Both the position numbers and the translations under genes were made by a program. Under the pieces are notes generated by a model that saw nothing but the letters and a program-made list of their open reading frames with translations, made no database searches and had not been told where the DNA came from. From Laetmonice hystrix (lineage: Eukaryota), in NCBI GenBank assembly GCA_965235115.1, contig OZ249448.1, positions 18,166,001 to 18,230,000 on the forward strand: DNA of 64,000 bases. The letters run 5' to 3'. The stretch's first letter is position 1. Every line of letters begins with the position of its first letter. Below are positions 39,101-51,782 of the stretch, piece by piece.

Positions 39101-41899
39101 GAGACGGCAGTATACGGTTCGAAAGCAAGACATTATTCGCTCATATTGCACAGCAAACTAAATAGTAGCATCTACACTAATTTAAGATTCCCGTGGGTTT
39201 AATCAGGGAGCTACAGAATTAATTATTAGCGTTCAATTAGGCCTAACACACTTTCTTTCTAGGTAGTATTTGCGGTAATTTAATAAAGTCTCATTTCTAA
39301 GCTCGACTTAATTGATTAAGGTATCGTGGAGAAGGGATATATTGTTCAGTGTCGTGCGTAGAAAGAGGCCGATAATAAACTCTCCTGTCCTTTGAGGTCG
39401 AAGTGGTTCACCCTTGACTGTCACCTCATGACACGCAAAACTTCTCTATCCCGCGTCAGCAGCGAAATTATGGGATTAATGTCGTATCTTTCCATCACGC
39501 AAAAGTCAAAAGTCATGTCGACAAGATCCGTGCCTGGTAATTAGATACTCTTTAGTTTCCGTTATATTATATCAGACCTCGACCGTTATACAGTGTACCC
39601 CCACCCACCAGATGACTGTGTCAGTTTCTCCACCTCTCACCAAGCGCCACCTGTCGGACGTTCCATGAACTACCCGGCTAGCCGGCCGGCTGGAGGGTCC
39701 CCGCACTCTCATCCGTCAGATTAGTCTGTCTGGATCGCTCCATTAACTTATTCCATATAAGGTCCATGCCTTGACGGCGGCTGTGACGATCTACAGGATT
39801 GGTCAGTGTGAGCGGATGTTGTATTGACGAGTGTATACATCGTTAACACCAACTTCTAACCCATGGCACGCCAACAAACACCTCGGCTAATATCCAAACA
39901 CGTTATGAATTGTTAGATCGTAATATAGTAATGCTGTCGTTTGAATTTTGAAAATTTCGTAAAACACAGGTAATAAATAACACGTCGATCAGTGTAAAAA
40001 TACATTACGAAAAACTCTACAACCTTTGCTACCGTGTAACGTGAATTTACATAGGTTCACTTGTTCGTACGTACACATTATAGCCTGACGAGACGGTCGA
40101 CACCAGGCACAGACTCCAAGATAATAAAACGCAACTAATTTCAAGGCAAAAGGTCATCGGAATAGTCCTATGAGTTAAAAGAAATGAACGGCAAAGAAAT
40201 AATATTTTGGGGCAAGACATTTAAGCAGCATTTTTCAGAATTTACAGTTCGGTTAGTTTTTGTCCCTCTGCTTAAAAACGGGAGTGTCACCAAAAGTGCA
40301 TGGGAGTAAAAACAAAAATATTGTCCTAAGCACTTCATCAATGTTCGGCAGTAACCTTTCTTGCTATCATGATCCCTCAGGGTTTTCTTTCTGAATCACC
40401 ATGGTGACACGTGTGATCCGAGCAGACGCCATGACGTGTGTAAAATAAGTCATTTGACGACCATCTCGCCGATAGAGGTCGCCCTAACGGGCCGTTCAAC
40501 TACTATCTCCTTGGGCACGATCTTTAAAACGTGTGTCACCAGCATGTTATTAATATACATGTATGTGTCTGGTGGTGTCGGGAAATCGGCTGGCCGATCG
40601 CTAAATAGACAGGTTGGCAAATGTTTGAGTTGAGTCGTACTCGAGGTGACATGGGTTGTTGTTACACCTGTCGGCATGCCCATCTGGTACTGGCAGAAGG
40701 GCCGAGAAAACACAGGCACATACTCTTAATGCACTGTATATTCGTGGGGTTACGCATCTAATCTAGAATAATATATTCTCGAAACGTTTTGAAAACGTCA
40801 CCATATATGTGAGTAAAACGTTACTATGACCTTTCCGTTGGTTAGGATAGAAAAGTTATGTCTGATTAAAGATACAGATACATTGTACATTGATTGAAGA
40901 TACATTATATAAATATTATGTGTTTCCGGTAATACTAATGCATCCATACTACAACAATACGAAAGGTCAGTCGGTTACTGGAACTATAACAAATTCATCG
41001 TTAAAATTTGACGAAAAGCAGGCGTAAAATAGTACGCTGCAGCTGCCTGATTTAACGGATTTTGTTGGGTACATATTACCTTTATATGGTCTGTGTTTAG
41101 AAGGCAAATACAGATCTGCAGATGGGCATAATGTTTTTTCGTATTAGTATTGCGGAGACTTGATAATCCTAAAAATAGCGTTGACCTTGTCGGGTCCTTG
41201 CTGATTATTGGTTGGCGTCTGTGTGGTAGGAACCATTTGGCTTCATCCCGTGGCAGCTGTGAACAATGAGTCGTTCACACCGTATGTGTAATCAGAATTA
41301 GTAAATAGGACGGTCTGGGAAGCTGTCCGCCGCTGCAAACTAATGGTCTCTGCTTATTAAAAGGTGTGCTTCATTTGGTCTCATTCATCTGACGTTGAGT
41401 TGTTTGGAGTTGATTTTGTGGGTGCGTGTTGGGGGGGGGGGGCACAGGAAACAGCGCTGTAGCGTAGCGTACAGTACATAATTATAATTTCTTGTTTCTA
41501 TTTCTTAACTTTTACTATGGTGGAAATTACAGTCGGACATGTTTGGTAATTTACTACAGCATGCATGAATCATTTCAGTGTGAAGCCATACATCATAGCT
41601 TTAGACAGCCAGCACTAAATAACTAATACTTGCCATGAGCAAGTGCCTAGGCGTGCGTTCCTAACAGTTTGGGTTGGTTGCGTTATGAGCAGATGGTAAA
41701 TAATATGAGCAGATGGTAAATAATATAGATCTGCATTCCGTTAGTTAATCTTATCACTGAACTCGCTCCGTGGAATTTGAGAGTTAAACTTTGAGCAGAC
41801 TCTTGATATCGCCGTCAGTCTGACTAGAACAAGCGCCGCCTGGTGGAGTACGTGGTTTCCACAGTTGTACACGTCACATCTGTCTCCCGCAGCGTCTCC

Positions 41900-42085
41900 C
41901 GATCGGTTTCCGGTCAATGGACCGACCCATGTCAATGACGCTGCGCATCGGAGCGTTGACCGGAAGTTCTTGATATATGACATATCAACGGACGCCGACA
42001 ACAAAGCGTGGGAGAACGCTGGTAACTGACGTCGGCCTTGGTCCGGGATATCAACCGGAAGTGACTGTCAGTGGCGCCACCTTCG
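41900..42085. promoter_or_regulatory. Putative promoter/enhancer-like GC-rich patch (ETS and CRE motifs)
   Basis: CCGGAAGT at 41960 and 42055 and TGACGTC at 42027 lie in a CpG-rich context. No downstream gene was identified. Confidence 0.25.
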
Positions 42086-45000
42086 CTACTTGATTAGTTC
42101 CACCCCAAATCCTTTGATTCCAGAGCTTTCGGCAAATGGCAAGATGTCATATTTGATAAGCTGGGCATGTAGATCGGAGTATCAGGCAGGCAGCCATGAG
42201 ATAATCATCAGGCATGAGTTAATATTACCAAATTTATGACTTGACCTTGACCTCAAAGTTGTTCTGTATGATGAAATCGCCAAGGAATTTCGTGAATATT
42301 TACGCAAACATGCTGGCATTTGGTTCAAATGGCATTCGCCGTCTCGGAAATCTCAGGTTATAACTGCATATTATCCGAAATAGAATTTGCTGATACAGTC
42401 TGCAGACCGTCGCCATCCCCGTCTGGCGACATGATACGCACATCACATATATGTCCATGCCACTAGCTAGATTTATTTATGCCCTTACATTCCCATGAAA
42501 GCGCTCACTTCGCGCCAGTCTGACCCAAGCCTGCACTCTCTGAACCTACCGCACAAAGTGGGCTGGGGTCAACCCCTCGACGCCCGCGCCCCCTGGTGGC
42601 AAGCCCAATCACAGGTCCCATTGACTCCCACCAGTGTGCACGGAGTCATACCATGAGCTCCTGTTCTCCCAAGATAAAACCCTTGCCATTCTAAAACAGA
42701 CCTAAAGACTCTCCATTTGTTCAACTCCTGGCTCCTCCGTCAATCCTAATGGTAGCAATATGTAGATGAGGATTGGTGGGGCCAAGTCTGTGTTGCCTTG
42801 ACTACCATTCATCACGTGATAATCGCAAGGCGTAATCGTTGTTAGTACTGGTAATGTTGGAATGGCTTGGGAGCGTGTCGTAAAACGTCACTGTCAGGAG
42901 ACAGCATCGCCTTTAAGGCATCTGGCCAATCCAGGAACACGATTCTTTTGATTAGAATCGGTTGCCATGGTGAAGTAGAATCTGATGGGTTTGGGCAACA
43001 AGGGGCAGCGTTTTACCTCTCTTAACTATTGCTCATTGCTATTTTCAGACACATTATTTATATAAGCGTGTTTTTTGAAAAAATAATATAATGGGTAATT
43101 CATCAGAGGATAAATATTCATTTTGGGCACTGTCGTGTTTCTTTATCAATCAAACATTGCCAGAATCATGCATAAATCATTTAAACATGTATACTTTACA
43201 AAGGATTTACATGTAAACTTTCACACATTCACACTCTTTATTTATTTAAGAAGCTTATTGAGGGGTTAATAAAGGCAACCCGGCCACACTTACTTTCTTC
43301 CTTTCACATGTATACAACCTTCACATTACAGTGATTAGGTCTCCTATTGTTGCTGTTCTGCGACTGCCACTACTACCAACCGAGAAACCAATATCCGGTT
43401 TTTAGTTTTGTATACTCCCTGCTTGTATCTTAATGAATTACCTCTCTCCTAAATGACCAACGCTGTCAATTCATTTCCTTTGTTAATGCTGCTATAGGTG
43501 AAAAGTTGCACCTGACCCATGGACGTAGACTTTTGACCGCACGGTGCATGGTCCTCTATGTAATTCAGCCTGCCATTCATTATAAATGGAAACCTCCTGT
43601 CTGGCCATTGTCCAATACCGGCCTGTGAGATCATCGGGAGCTGTTCAATTTACTAGGTTATTCGTGCCCCCTGCCTCCAGTAAACGAACTCTGTGAGCGG
43701 AGTACGAACGCAAGTCGGGATAAATACTCCTAATACCTGGCAATATCAAACCGGTCGAGGATGACCGACACAGATACTAACTCCAACTGTTCGCATTAAT
43801 ACTCGCCTTATTGGTACGCTGGGTCATGGAGAGTGCCTCCAGATTACAGGCATTAATATGCTACCCGTCGCCATGGCCGCAGGCACTGTCAACACACTGG
43901 CCACCGGGCCTGGTGAGTGAGGGGCGGCACGACCCGTCATAGGAAGTCCATAGGAAGTCCGGGCATACCAGGCTTACAGAATAGAGACAAATGTCATCGA
44001 CATACCCCACACCCCCACCCGGTATATCAGGCCCTTGGGTGGTGAGGGCAATTTACTACAACAGTCTGTGGTCATCGAGACCAGAATTCGCTATCATCTA
44101 TCTTTTTCTAACACAACTGATAGTCCGTTGCCGGAGGCCCAGACAGAATGGAAATTATGATATTCTATCAAATCTCTGGCTCTCACGTGCTCTAACACAA
44201 ACAAACCACGTATACAGTGCACAAACTCGGAGCATACTTTTGGAATATAAGTTGCTGCGATAGCTGTTCAAGATCCCAGAACTAGTGGCGACATTCTCCG
44301 CATGCCCAGACGTTTGCCCTTGCAGGAGACTCTGCCGTGGTACATGTTGCGCCCACCGTGACGTCCTTGCCGTAGTTTGGGGACCGCCCGCGGGGTTTCT
44401 AATTACTTCTTATATCCCCACGGTTCCCACCCACGTGACCCGCATTTACAAAGGCCACCGAGGACAATACGGACTCCCACGATCTTACGGCGGTCCAGGT
44501 TGAGTCCGGAGGTCCTGTACCTGTATCTGTCCAGGAGAGAATCACCTTTTCTTACCAGATGGCGCTACCAGCCAGGACAGGCCTGACCGTACATTCTCAG
44601 GGACCCATTGAACAGCAGATGGATACAGTGTCCCCAACAATATGATATCCTGATGATACATAAGTTATAACCATTAGGTGCCTAATACGGTGCAGTACGA
44701 GCACATACACCCTGTTTACTATTGATTCCACCAAGGCAGTGATAGTGATTCTGTGGGGTAATGTTTAATGAGTCGTTCGTTATGGCACGCGGACAAAGAC
44801 CTTGGCCTGGTCAACTCTACAAAAGAAGAATTGCATGCGTACATCCCATGGCCATTTGCGCCCTTACAGATAAATAAACAATCGCGCCTGACCCCACAGG
44901 ACGGTAATATGGCGTGGTCGTCATAGTAATGGCCAGCCCGGAAGGCTGAGACTATCGGCGCATGCGTACTAATGACCAGCGACATGCAGTCTGGTCTATA

Positions 45001-46057
45001 CTCAGTATAACCATAATAAAGTTCACGGCCCTTGTCATCAGGGGCAGAACAACCTACGCGACGTTCATTACGCCCATAGCAACCCTTTGTCTAAATCGAC
45101 GGCAGCCAAGTCGAGGGCATTGACCACATGCATCCTTAATTCAGTCCGATGTTGAGTTGTTTCTTTCCAAATTACATGACGGCTTGAAGAGAAGTGTAGG
45201 CGAAATAATCCATGAATTGCCATGATGACGCAAATGGTAATGGTATGAATGGTATGAATATAAATGTCAGCTGTGCAATAGATCACACCCCCCCCCCCCC
45301 CCGGCGTCGTTACCATGCATGTGACCGTTGTTTGTACGGTGCCTATTTAAACCACACAGATTTATGCCCCGGGCAGCTTCTAACGCCATCTCCCCCTGCT
45401 GGCCTGCTCGGCCAGGCGAGAAGTAGTAATGGAAAAAGGGCGTTTGCATGAGGATATTTTTGGCCGCCCGTGAGGCCTGAGCTCGGGTCGGCGGGTAGAG
45501 TGAGCGGTGGAGAAGCGGGGCAGTCGGTCAGAGTTGAAGGTGGGGACTTGACTTGATGACGGCTGTGGACCAGGATTACGGGGATGTGCCTAAGGAGGCG
45601 ACCGATGTGAAAATCGATGAAGATGTCGGTGTGAAGTTCCTGGACAGGTTCCACCGAGGATATTACCCCATTGCGTTGGGATAGAGGCTTGACACCTGCT
45701 CCACGCACCCGCTGGCTGGGGGAGGGGGACCCAATCTGAATTATTTATGTACCGTGGTCGTCATCACAGCGCCAAGCTTGTTCGGGCAGGTGTAGAAAAA
45801 GGACAATGATTACCTTGTGAATGTCTTTGCTCCAACTACCCCTTCTCTTTCTCGGCCATTGGTCCAAAGGGAACCATTATTTTCTTGGGAATTGGCAATC
45901 TCTCCACTTGATAAATACTATTAACTAAGGAATTGGTATCAACAAAATTATGTGACGAACGTATTTTAGAACCCTCGGAGTCATGTAGATATGCGTGTAT
46001 ATTAATTTTGAAAACGTAGATAGCAATATAATAAACATGTTATACTTCCTGACACTG

Positions 46058-46194
46058 GGGCTCGTTTCACTAAGACTGTACGAGCTCGTATATGGCCTTA
46101 TAGCTCGTAAACAAGAAAAAACTCGTACATTTTGCTATTATAATCTATAGAAATTACGAGCACGTAAAATACGAGTGTTTAGTGAAACGGTCCC
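46058..46194. mobile_element. ~137-bp MITE, PIF/Harbinger-like
   Basis: TIRs GGGCTCGTTTCACTAA versus revcomp GGGACCGTTTCACTAA match 14/16, in a CTG...CAG context. The interior has repeated TACGAG/CTCGTA motifs. Confidence 0.6.
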
Positions 46195-46612
46195 AGGCCT
46201 CATGGTTAACTGACCAATCAAGAATACGAATAATGATCATATTTCTGAAGATAGCATAATGTTTGAAAGGGTAGATTTCGGGTGGCTTCATGACATTGTC
46301 TTCCATACATCATTGCCAGCCACCGGGAGCCCTGTCACGGCCCAAGACGGTGGTATACTAGTGCCACACCAGTCCATACCTTAAGTGAGATTGATTCTTG
46401 ACGTTCGTACGTAGAACAGAATGATCGACGCTCTCTCAACGAGCAAAGAGAACGCGGCTTTCAATGACGTCACAATGAAAGGCCATTGTTGCTCGGCCCA
46501 GTGTCTGATTACCTCGTGTTTGACATGTGTACTACTATTAAATCACTGAAATGGAGCGAGAATACAATACGTTCACCTCAGGTAATTTTATCATACAGTG
46601 GCTTTAACAAAT

Positions 46613-46795
46613 NNNNNNNNNNNNNNNNNNNNNNNNNNNNNNNNNNNNNNNNNNNNNNNNNNNNNNNNNNNNNNNNNNNNNNNNNNNNNNNNNNNNNNNN
46701 NNNNNNNNNNNNNNNNNNNNNNNNNNNNNNNNNNNNNNNNNNNNNNNNNNNNNNNNNNNNNNNNNNNNNNNNNNNNNNNNNNNNNNNNNNNNNNN
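46613..46795. other. Assembly gap (183 N)
   Basis: Run of N. Confidence 1.
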
Positions 46796-47379
46796 GGGGA
46801 GACCGGGACAAATGTAACACAGGTCAATTGTAACAATGTAAATATTTCCAAAACGAATTCGTACAACAGTTTTATCATGAGAAAAACTTTTTCGACCGCA
46901 TGAATAATTTTTCGGCATTTTTGATTCTTTCCTCTAATTACCTAACATTTAGAGATACTGTATAGTAGATTTTACCGGTGAATTAAGTACACGTTCCGCT
47001 ATAAATTGCTACCATTCAATGTACTTTTGGCTTAGGCCAAATCATGGGGGCATGAACATATCAGACTGGTGCATCTGGGGACGATTGTAACACACGTTAC
47101 AATTGAATACAATTAACACCCAGGCACCTGATCGTTCCTAATCATTCCAATCAATGTACATGCATGTGTTAGGCGGCATTTATTTTTCATGTAATTGTAA
47201 TATTCTTTTTCTGAAATAAGAGTAGTCTTTTGTATTTGTTCGAATCGTATTGAGAATAAATGATATTTTCTAATGGACATTTTACCCCTTTTTCGTCCCG
47301 TTACAATTGACCATCTAGTTCGGCTTTCCGTAATCACCAATAGTGTGAAAAATGTTATAATTGTCCCCGGTCTCCCCTA
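46796..47379. mobile_element. ~584-bp MITE, Tc1/mariner superfamily (pogo/Fot1-like ends)
   Basis: The left end GGGGAGACCGGG-ACAAATGTAACA matches the revcomp of the right end, GGGGAGACCGGGGACAATTATAACA. The right end is followed by TATA, consistent with a TA TSD. The left end abuts the gap. An internal partial TIR copy lies near 47076-47105. Confidence 0.75.
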
Positions 47380-47484
47380 TATATGACCAATATAGCGGGG
47401 AGATTTTTTCATTTCATAAATAAATTTCATCTATGAGTTGAGAATTAAATACTTCACAATATATGAAACGCTGGACTTCGATGC

Positions 47485-47545
47485 AAGACCACGCCAAGCC
47501 ACCATGCCACGCCACGCTACGCTCCCATGCTATGCCATGCCGCAT
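47485..47545. repeat. Degenerate 5-bp (CCACG/CCATG)n repeat
   Basis: CCACGCCAAGCCACCATGCCACGCCACGCTACGCTCCCATGCTATGCCATGCC. Confidence 0.7.
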
Positions 47546-48393
47546 GGTAACAAGGCCTAAACGCGCTAAACATCATTAATGAAATACTTGTATCCCATGT
47601 CATGCACGAACGACCTGTTGGCAGGATGCCAATGCGGTAATAAAAGACTAACCCCCAAAAGGTAAAGTTTTATGAAAGGCTCTTGTTTCCTTGACATCAT
47701 TTCTATTCAACCTTTCTTCCCTCGTTTTCCTCTCTATACTCTTTACATTTCCAGTAGCTTTCTGATCGGAATCGTTTTCCCAGCAGGTTATTATGTCGAG
47801 GACTGTAATAGAATTTTGGGCAAATCGTACTCTGATATAGGTATATTTATTCATGCTGAGACTTGATCGATATGGGGATAAAACATAATGTAAACGGGAA
47901 GTTTTTGAATGTGCATGCCAGTACTGTTAATGGCAGTCGTCGGTATAGTGACATTGTCAGCACTTGAAATACACACGAAATCAAGGTTACATACGGATAG
48001 GCCTCTGGATATAAACAGATATATCTTCTGGTGGGAGATCACTGAATAAAAATGAAGTGAAACGTAGAATTTATTCATATCTGTATGATAATAACAACGT
48101 CAGTCATTGTGGGTCTATATGGACATAACAATGTATTTGAATATGCGTCCTTAAAATCAAATGTATTCGATATGGAGCTAGACAATAAATTCTCTTATAA
48201 CCGATTAGTCTACGTGAAAATGTCAGAGAAACACCACATAGAAAATCCCATACCTGTATGAGACTTAAAAGTGACAGAAGCGGCCACTAGTTTTCTATTT
48301 AGGGATGGAATCCGATATATACTGACAGTAAGAAGACACTGACTCTGCTGCCCTGTCGGCGCCATCCGACCGGCCTGTGGCATATAGAATTGC

Positions 48394-49333
48394 GGCGCTC
48401 CTCTGACCGCATTCTGCCGCTCGGATTGCCCCACCATGGCGCATACCATTATCATGGCGCTCCTCTGACCGCATTCTGCCGCTCGGATTGCCCATCCATG
48501 GCGCATACCATTATCATGGCGCTCCTCTGACCGCATTCTGCCGCTCGGATTGCCCCACCATGGCGCATACCATTATCATGGCGCTCCCCTGACCGCATTC
48601 TGCCGCTCGGATTGCCCCACCATGGCGCATACCATTATCATGGCGCTCCTCTGACCGCATTCTGCCGCTCGGATTGCCCCACCATGGCGCATACCATTAT
48701 CATGGCGCTCCTCTGGCCGCATTCTGCCGCTCGGATTGCCCCACCATGGCGCATACCATTATCATGGCGCTCCTCTGGCCGCATTCTGCCGCTCGGATTG
48801 CCCCACCATGGCGCATACCATTATCATGGCGCTCCTCTGACCGCATTCTGCCGCTCGGATTGCCCCACCATGGCGCATACCATTATCATGGCGCTCCTCT
48901 GGCCGCATTCTGCCGCTCGGATTGCCCCACCATGGCGCATACCATTATCATGGCGCTCCTCTGACCGCATTCTGCCGCTCGGATTGCCCCACCATGGCGC
49001 ATACCATTATCATGGCGCTCCTCTGACCGCATTCTGCCGCTCGGATTGCCCCACCATGGCGCATACCATTATCATGGCGCTCCTCTGACCGCATTCTGCC
49101 GCTCGGATTGCCCCACTATGGCGCATACCATTATCATGGCGCTCCTCTGACCGCATTCTGCCGCTCGGATTGCCCCACCATGGCGCATACCATTATCACG
49201 GCGCTCCTCTGACCGCATTCTGCCGCTCGGATTGCCCCACCATGGCGCATACCATTATCACGACCATTATCACGGCGCTCCTCTGACCGCATTCTGCCGC
49301 TCGGATTGCCCCACCATGGCGCATACCATTATC
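48394..49333. repeat. 62-bp GC-rich minisatellite, 15 copies
   Basis: The unit GGCGCTCCTCTGACCGCATTCTGCCGCTCGGATTGCCCCACCATGGCGCATACCATTATCAT repeats every 62 bp. There is a 12-bp duplication at 49261. Confidence 0.98.
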
Positions 49334-51725
49334 TTGTCCTCGTCCTGTCCTTTATAACAGAGGATCACACACGGCCGACGTTTTCTGACCACATATGTGG
49401 ATATTTTATCGCACGGGGTTTATTGTTTTAGTTTCTGAATACATGATTTTGTGTGACTGCCTATGTCCAGTTTATAGGTAGATATCGCTAGATAAACATC
49501 CATACCATTGAGTTATAGTTAGATTTTACTTGAAGTAGTTATTTCATTGGATTAGGCAGTTATTGGCAGTCAATGTTCTTTTCTTTATTTTTCAATATTT
49601 TTCTTTTTTCAATAAACCATTGTACTATATACGCGCACTAATATGTCTCGACGGGGCCCATTATTGCGGGTTCGACGATTTTTCTCTTCACACAAAAATA
49701 TGTTCTGTAGGTCTACTATTCTATGCAGTATGCCATTATGGTGTTTTCAAATGATTTAGAAATCAGTTAAAGGTAGGTGGCGTACTATGTATGATATATT
49801 CCCGTTTGTACTTGAATAGTGAATAGGACTAATTCAATGGTAGGGATATGTAGGTTAGAAAGGATGTAGATATGTGTCGACAGGCATGTATGGGCAGATG
49901 GATAACGGCATTTTTTTCTCCGTACCAGCTGCACTATATCGGTTTTATGTACATGCGTTTCCTTTGGACGTATGACGCGGGACTATTTTTTTAGCGATAT
50001 ATTTGTTTTCTTATATTGCCAACTGGAAAGGGTAATGATGTTCAGTGACAAACAACAGAATAAAAAGTTGTTTTATCAAACATACTTCTCAGTGGGTCCA
50101 CATGGTAAATATTGGCTCAGGATGTTAAAATATATGCATGGCCATGCATGAGACCGACATACCGTTTTTTTATGTGGCATGCTATTTTTTAAAACCTCTC
50201 CAATGGGCGTTAACTCCCATTCTCGTGTGCCGTTGATGTATACCAGGTTACAGGTGAATGCTGTAAAATTGCCTTTACATGCTGAATATTGTTTTAGATA
50301 GCTCGTCCTCCATCCTCCATCCAAAAACAAACTCCCCCGGCTTCATAAAGCACCTCGACGAATCCCTTGTTCACGATAGAAAGGTGGAAACGTCCAGTGC
50401 TATTATCCCCAGCAGCGGTCACTGAAATCCGTAGAAAGTGACTAAATGACCTTCCAATATCCTACTCTGATCTGCACGCACACCCTGATTCGTGCAATAT
50501 CTCCAACGCCAATGGTTCTTGTTGCGCAATGTTGATGCAGTGCCTGTAGTCAGGGCGTGGCCGACCTTTGGGGAGACCTTTGGGGAGAGACAATCCTAGG
50601 CAAATGCTCCAGCACCCCCAGCGCTGGGAGCGATCCCGATGCACCGATGGTGGACTTATAGAAGACGAACTGCCAATCGTCTGAAACTGAAGACGCGGGA
50701 GCAGACGACACCGCCGTCCTAATAATAAATCGTGCCGCCAAGCGATACTCAAAGCGAGAATATTGGACTTCCGTGCGCAGCTGTTTGGCGCAGCGTTCGG
50801 GAACGTCATTACGACACGTCAGGCAGGAAGTCGGGTCGGCGAACGCAGAGACACTTTACAGCTCCTGCCAAAGTCAGCTGGTTCACTCTGACGTGTACAG
50901 AGACTTGTTTGATTAGGCAGCGCAAGTACGTAATAGGCCTACTTGTGACACATCTTTCTTGGTAATGCGTCGGACTGCTCATAATAGAGAAAAATGTTCA
51001 TGTACTCCATGGTCTATATTTTTAGTAGGATGTTTCATCCAACAGTGACAAAAAGATTGAAACTGTAATCTGAATCAAATGGGCATGTAACGAATACATA
51101 ATGTTAAATAAATAGGAAAAAATATTCCATGAATATGAAAGAGTGCTTTCAATCTAATACTATCGATGTCAAGGATAATGAGGAGAACGATTACTAGTTT
51201 AAAAAAAGGCAAATAAGGATCAATATAATAATATGAAAACATACAACTCTGAACGGCAGGTCGTATTAAAAGATAATAATGCACGAAGGAATCCCCTCAA
51301 GGGTCGTAAATGAAGGTGAAAAAGGCTTTCAGTCATATTTGATACCGAGCCGCAGACAGTCTCCACTACTTTTAATATATGACATAAATCACCAGATGGC
51401 AGACAAACACGAGCCTCGCCACGTCTCTTGGCGCCGAGACGGCAGCTGGTCTCTCGTTACCGCGAGACAATTCGAGACTTGAGACCTGATAATACAACAC
51501 ACAGCCCCTTCAGCCACAACAGAACGATTTGTTCGCAAAGAAGCTTTTCACGTGATTCCATCACGCGCTAGCGGATACCATTGTTGATGTAAGGACTTAC
51601 CATTTTAAGCAGACATGCTGCCATTGACTGTTAAGCTAGAATACTCTTTGACGCAAGGTCGGTCTTCTCTATGAAATTGCAAACGCTGACAACTGAAGCA
51701 GACGAAAATTTCATGCATCACGAGC

Positions 51726-51782
51726 CAGGTTCAAACAGGTGCAACAGGTTCAAACAAGTTCAAACAGGTGCAACAGGTTCAA
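51726..51782. repeat. 9-10-bp degenerate tandem repeat (CAGGTTCAAA/CAGGTGCAA)
   Basis: Directly visible. Confidence 0.85.

Noticed and set aside
45267-45650. RAAKNILMQTPFFHYYFSPG resembling the Gypsy RT-RNaseH connection
   Set aside because: The similarity is weak, with no LTRs, YxDD or RNase H motif nearby.
38047-45809. 21-22-bp inverted match between 38047-38067 and 45788-45809
   Set aside because: It is too short to define a large inverted repeat and is probably a fragment of a dispersed repeat.
46486-46918. ORFs containing X runs
   Set aside because: They are artefacts of translating through the 183-N gap.
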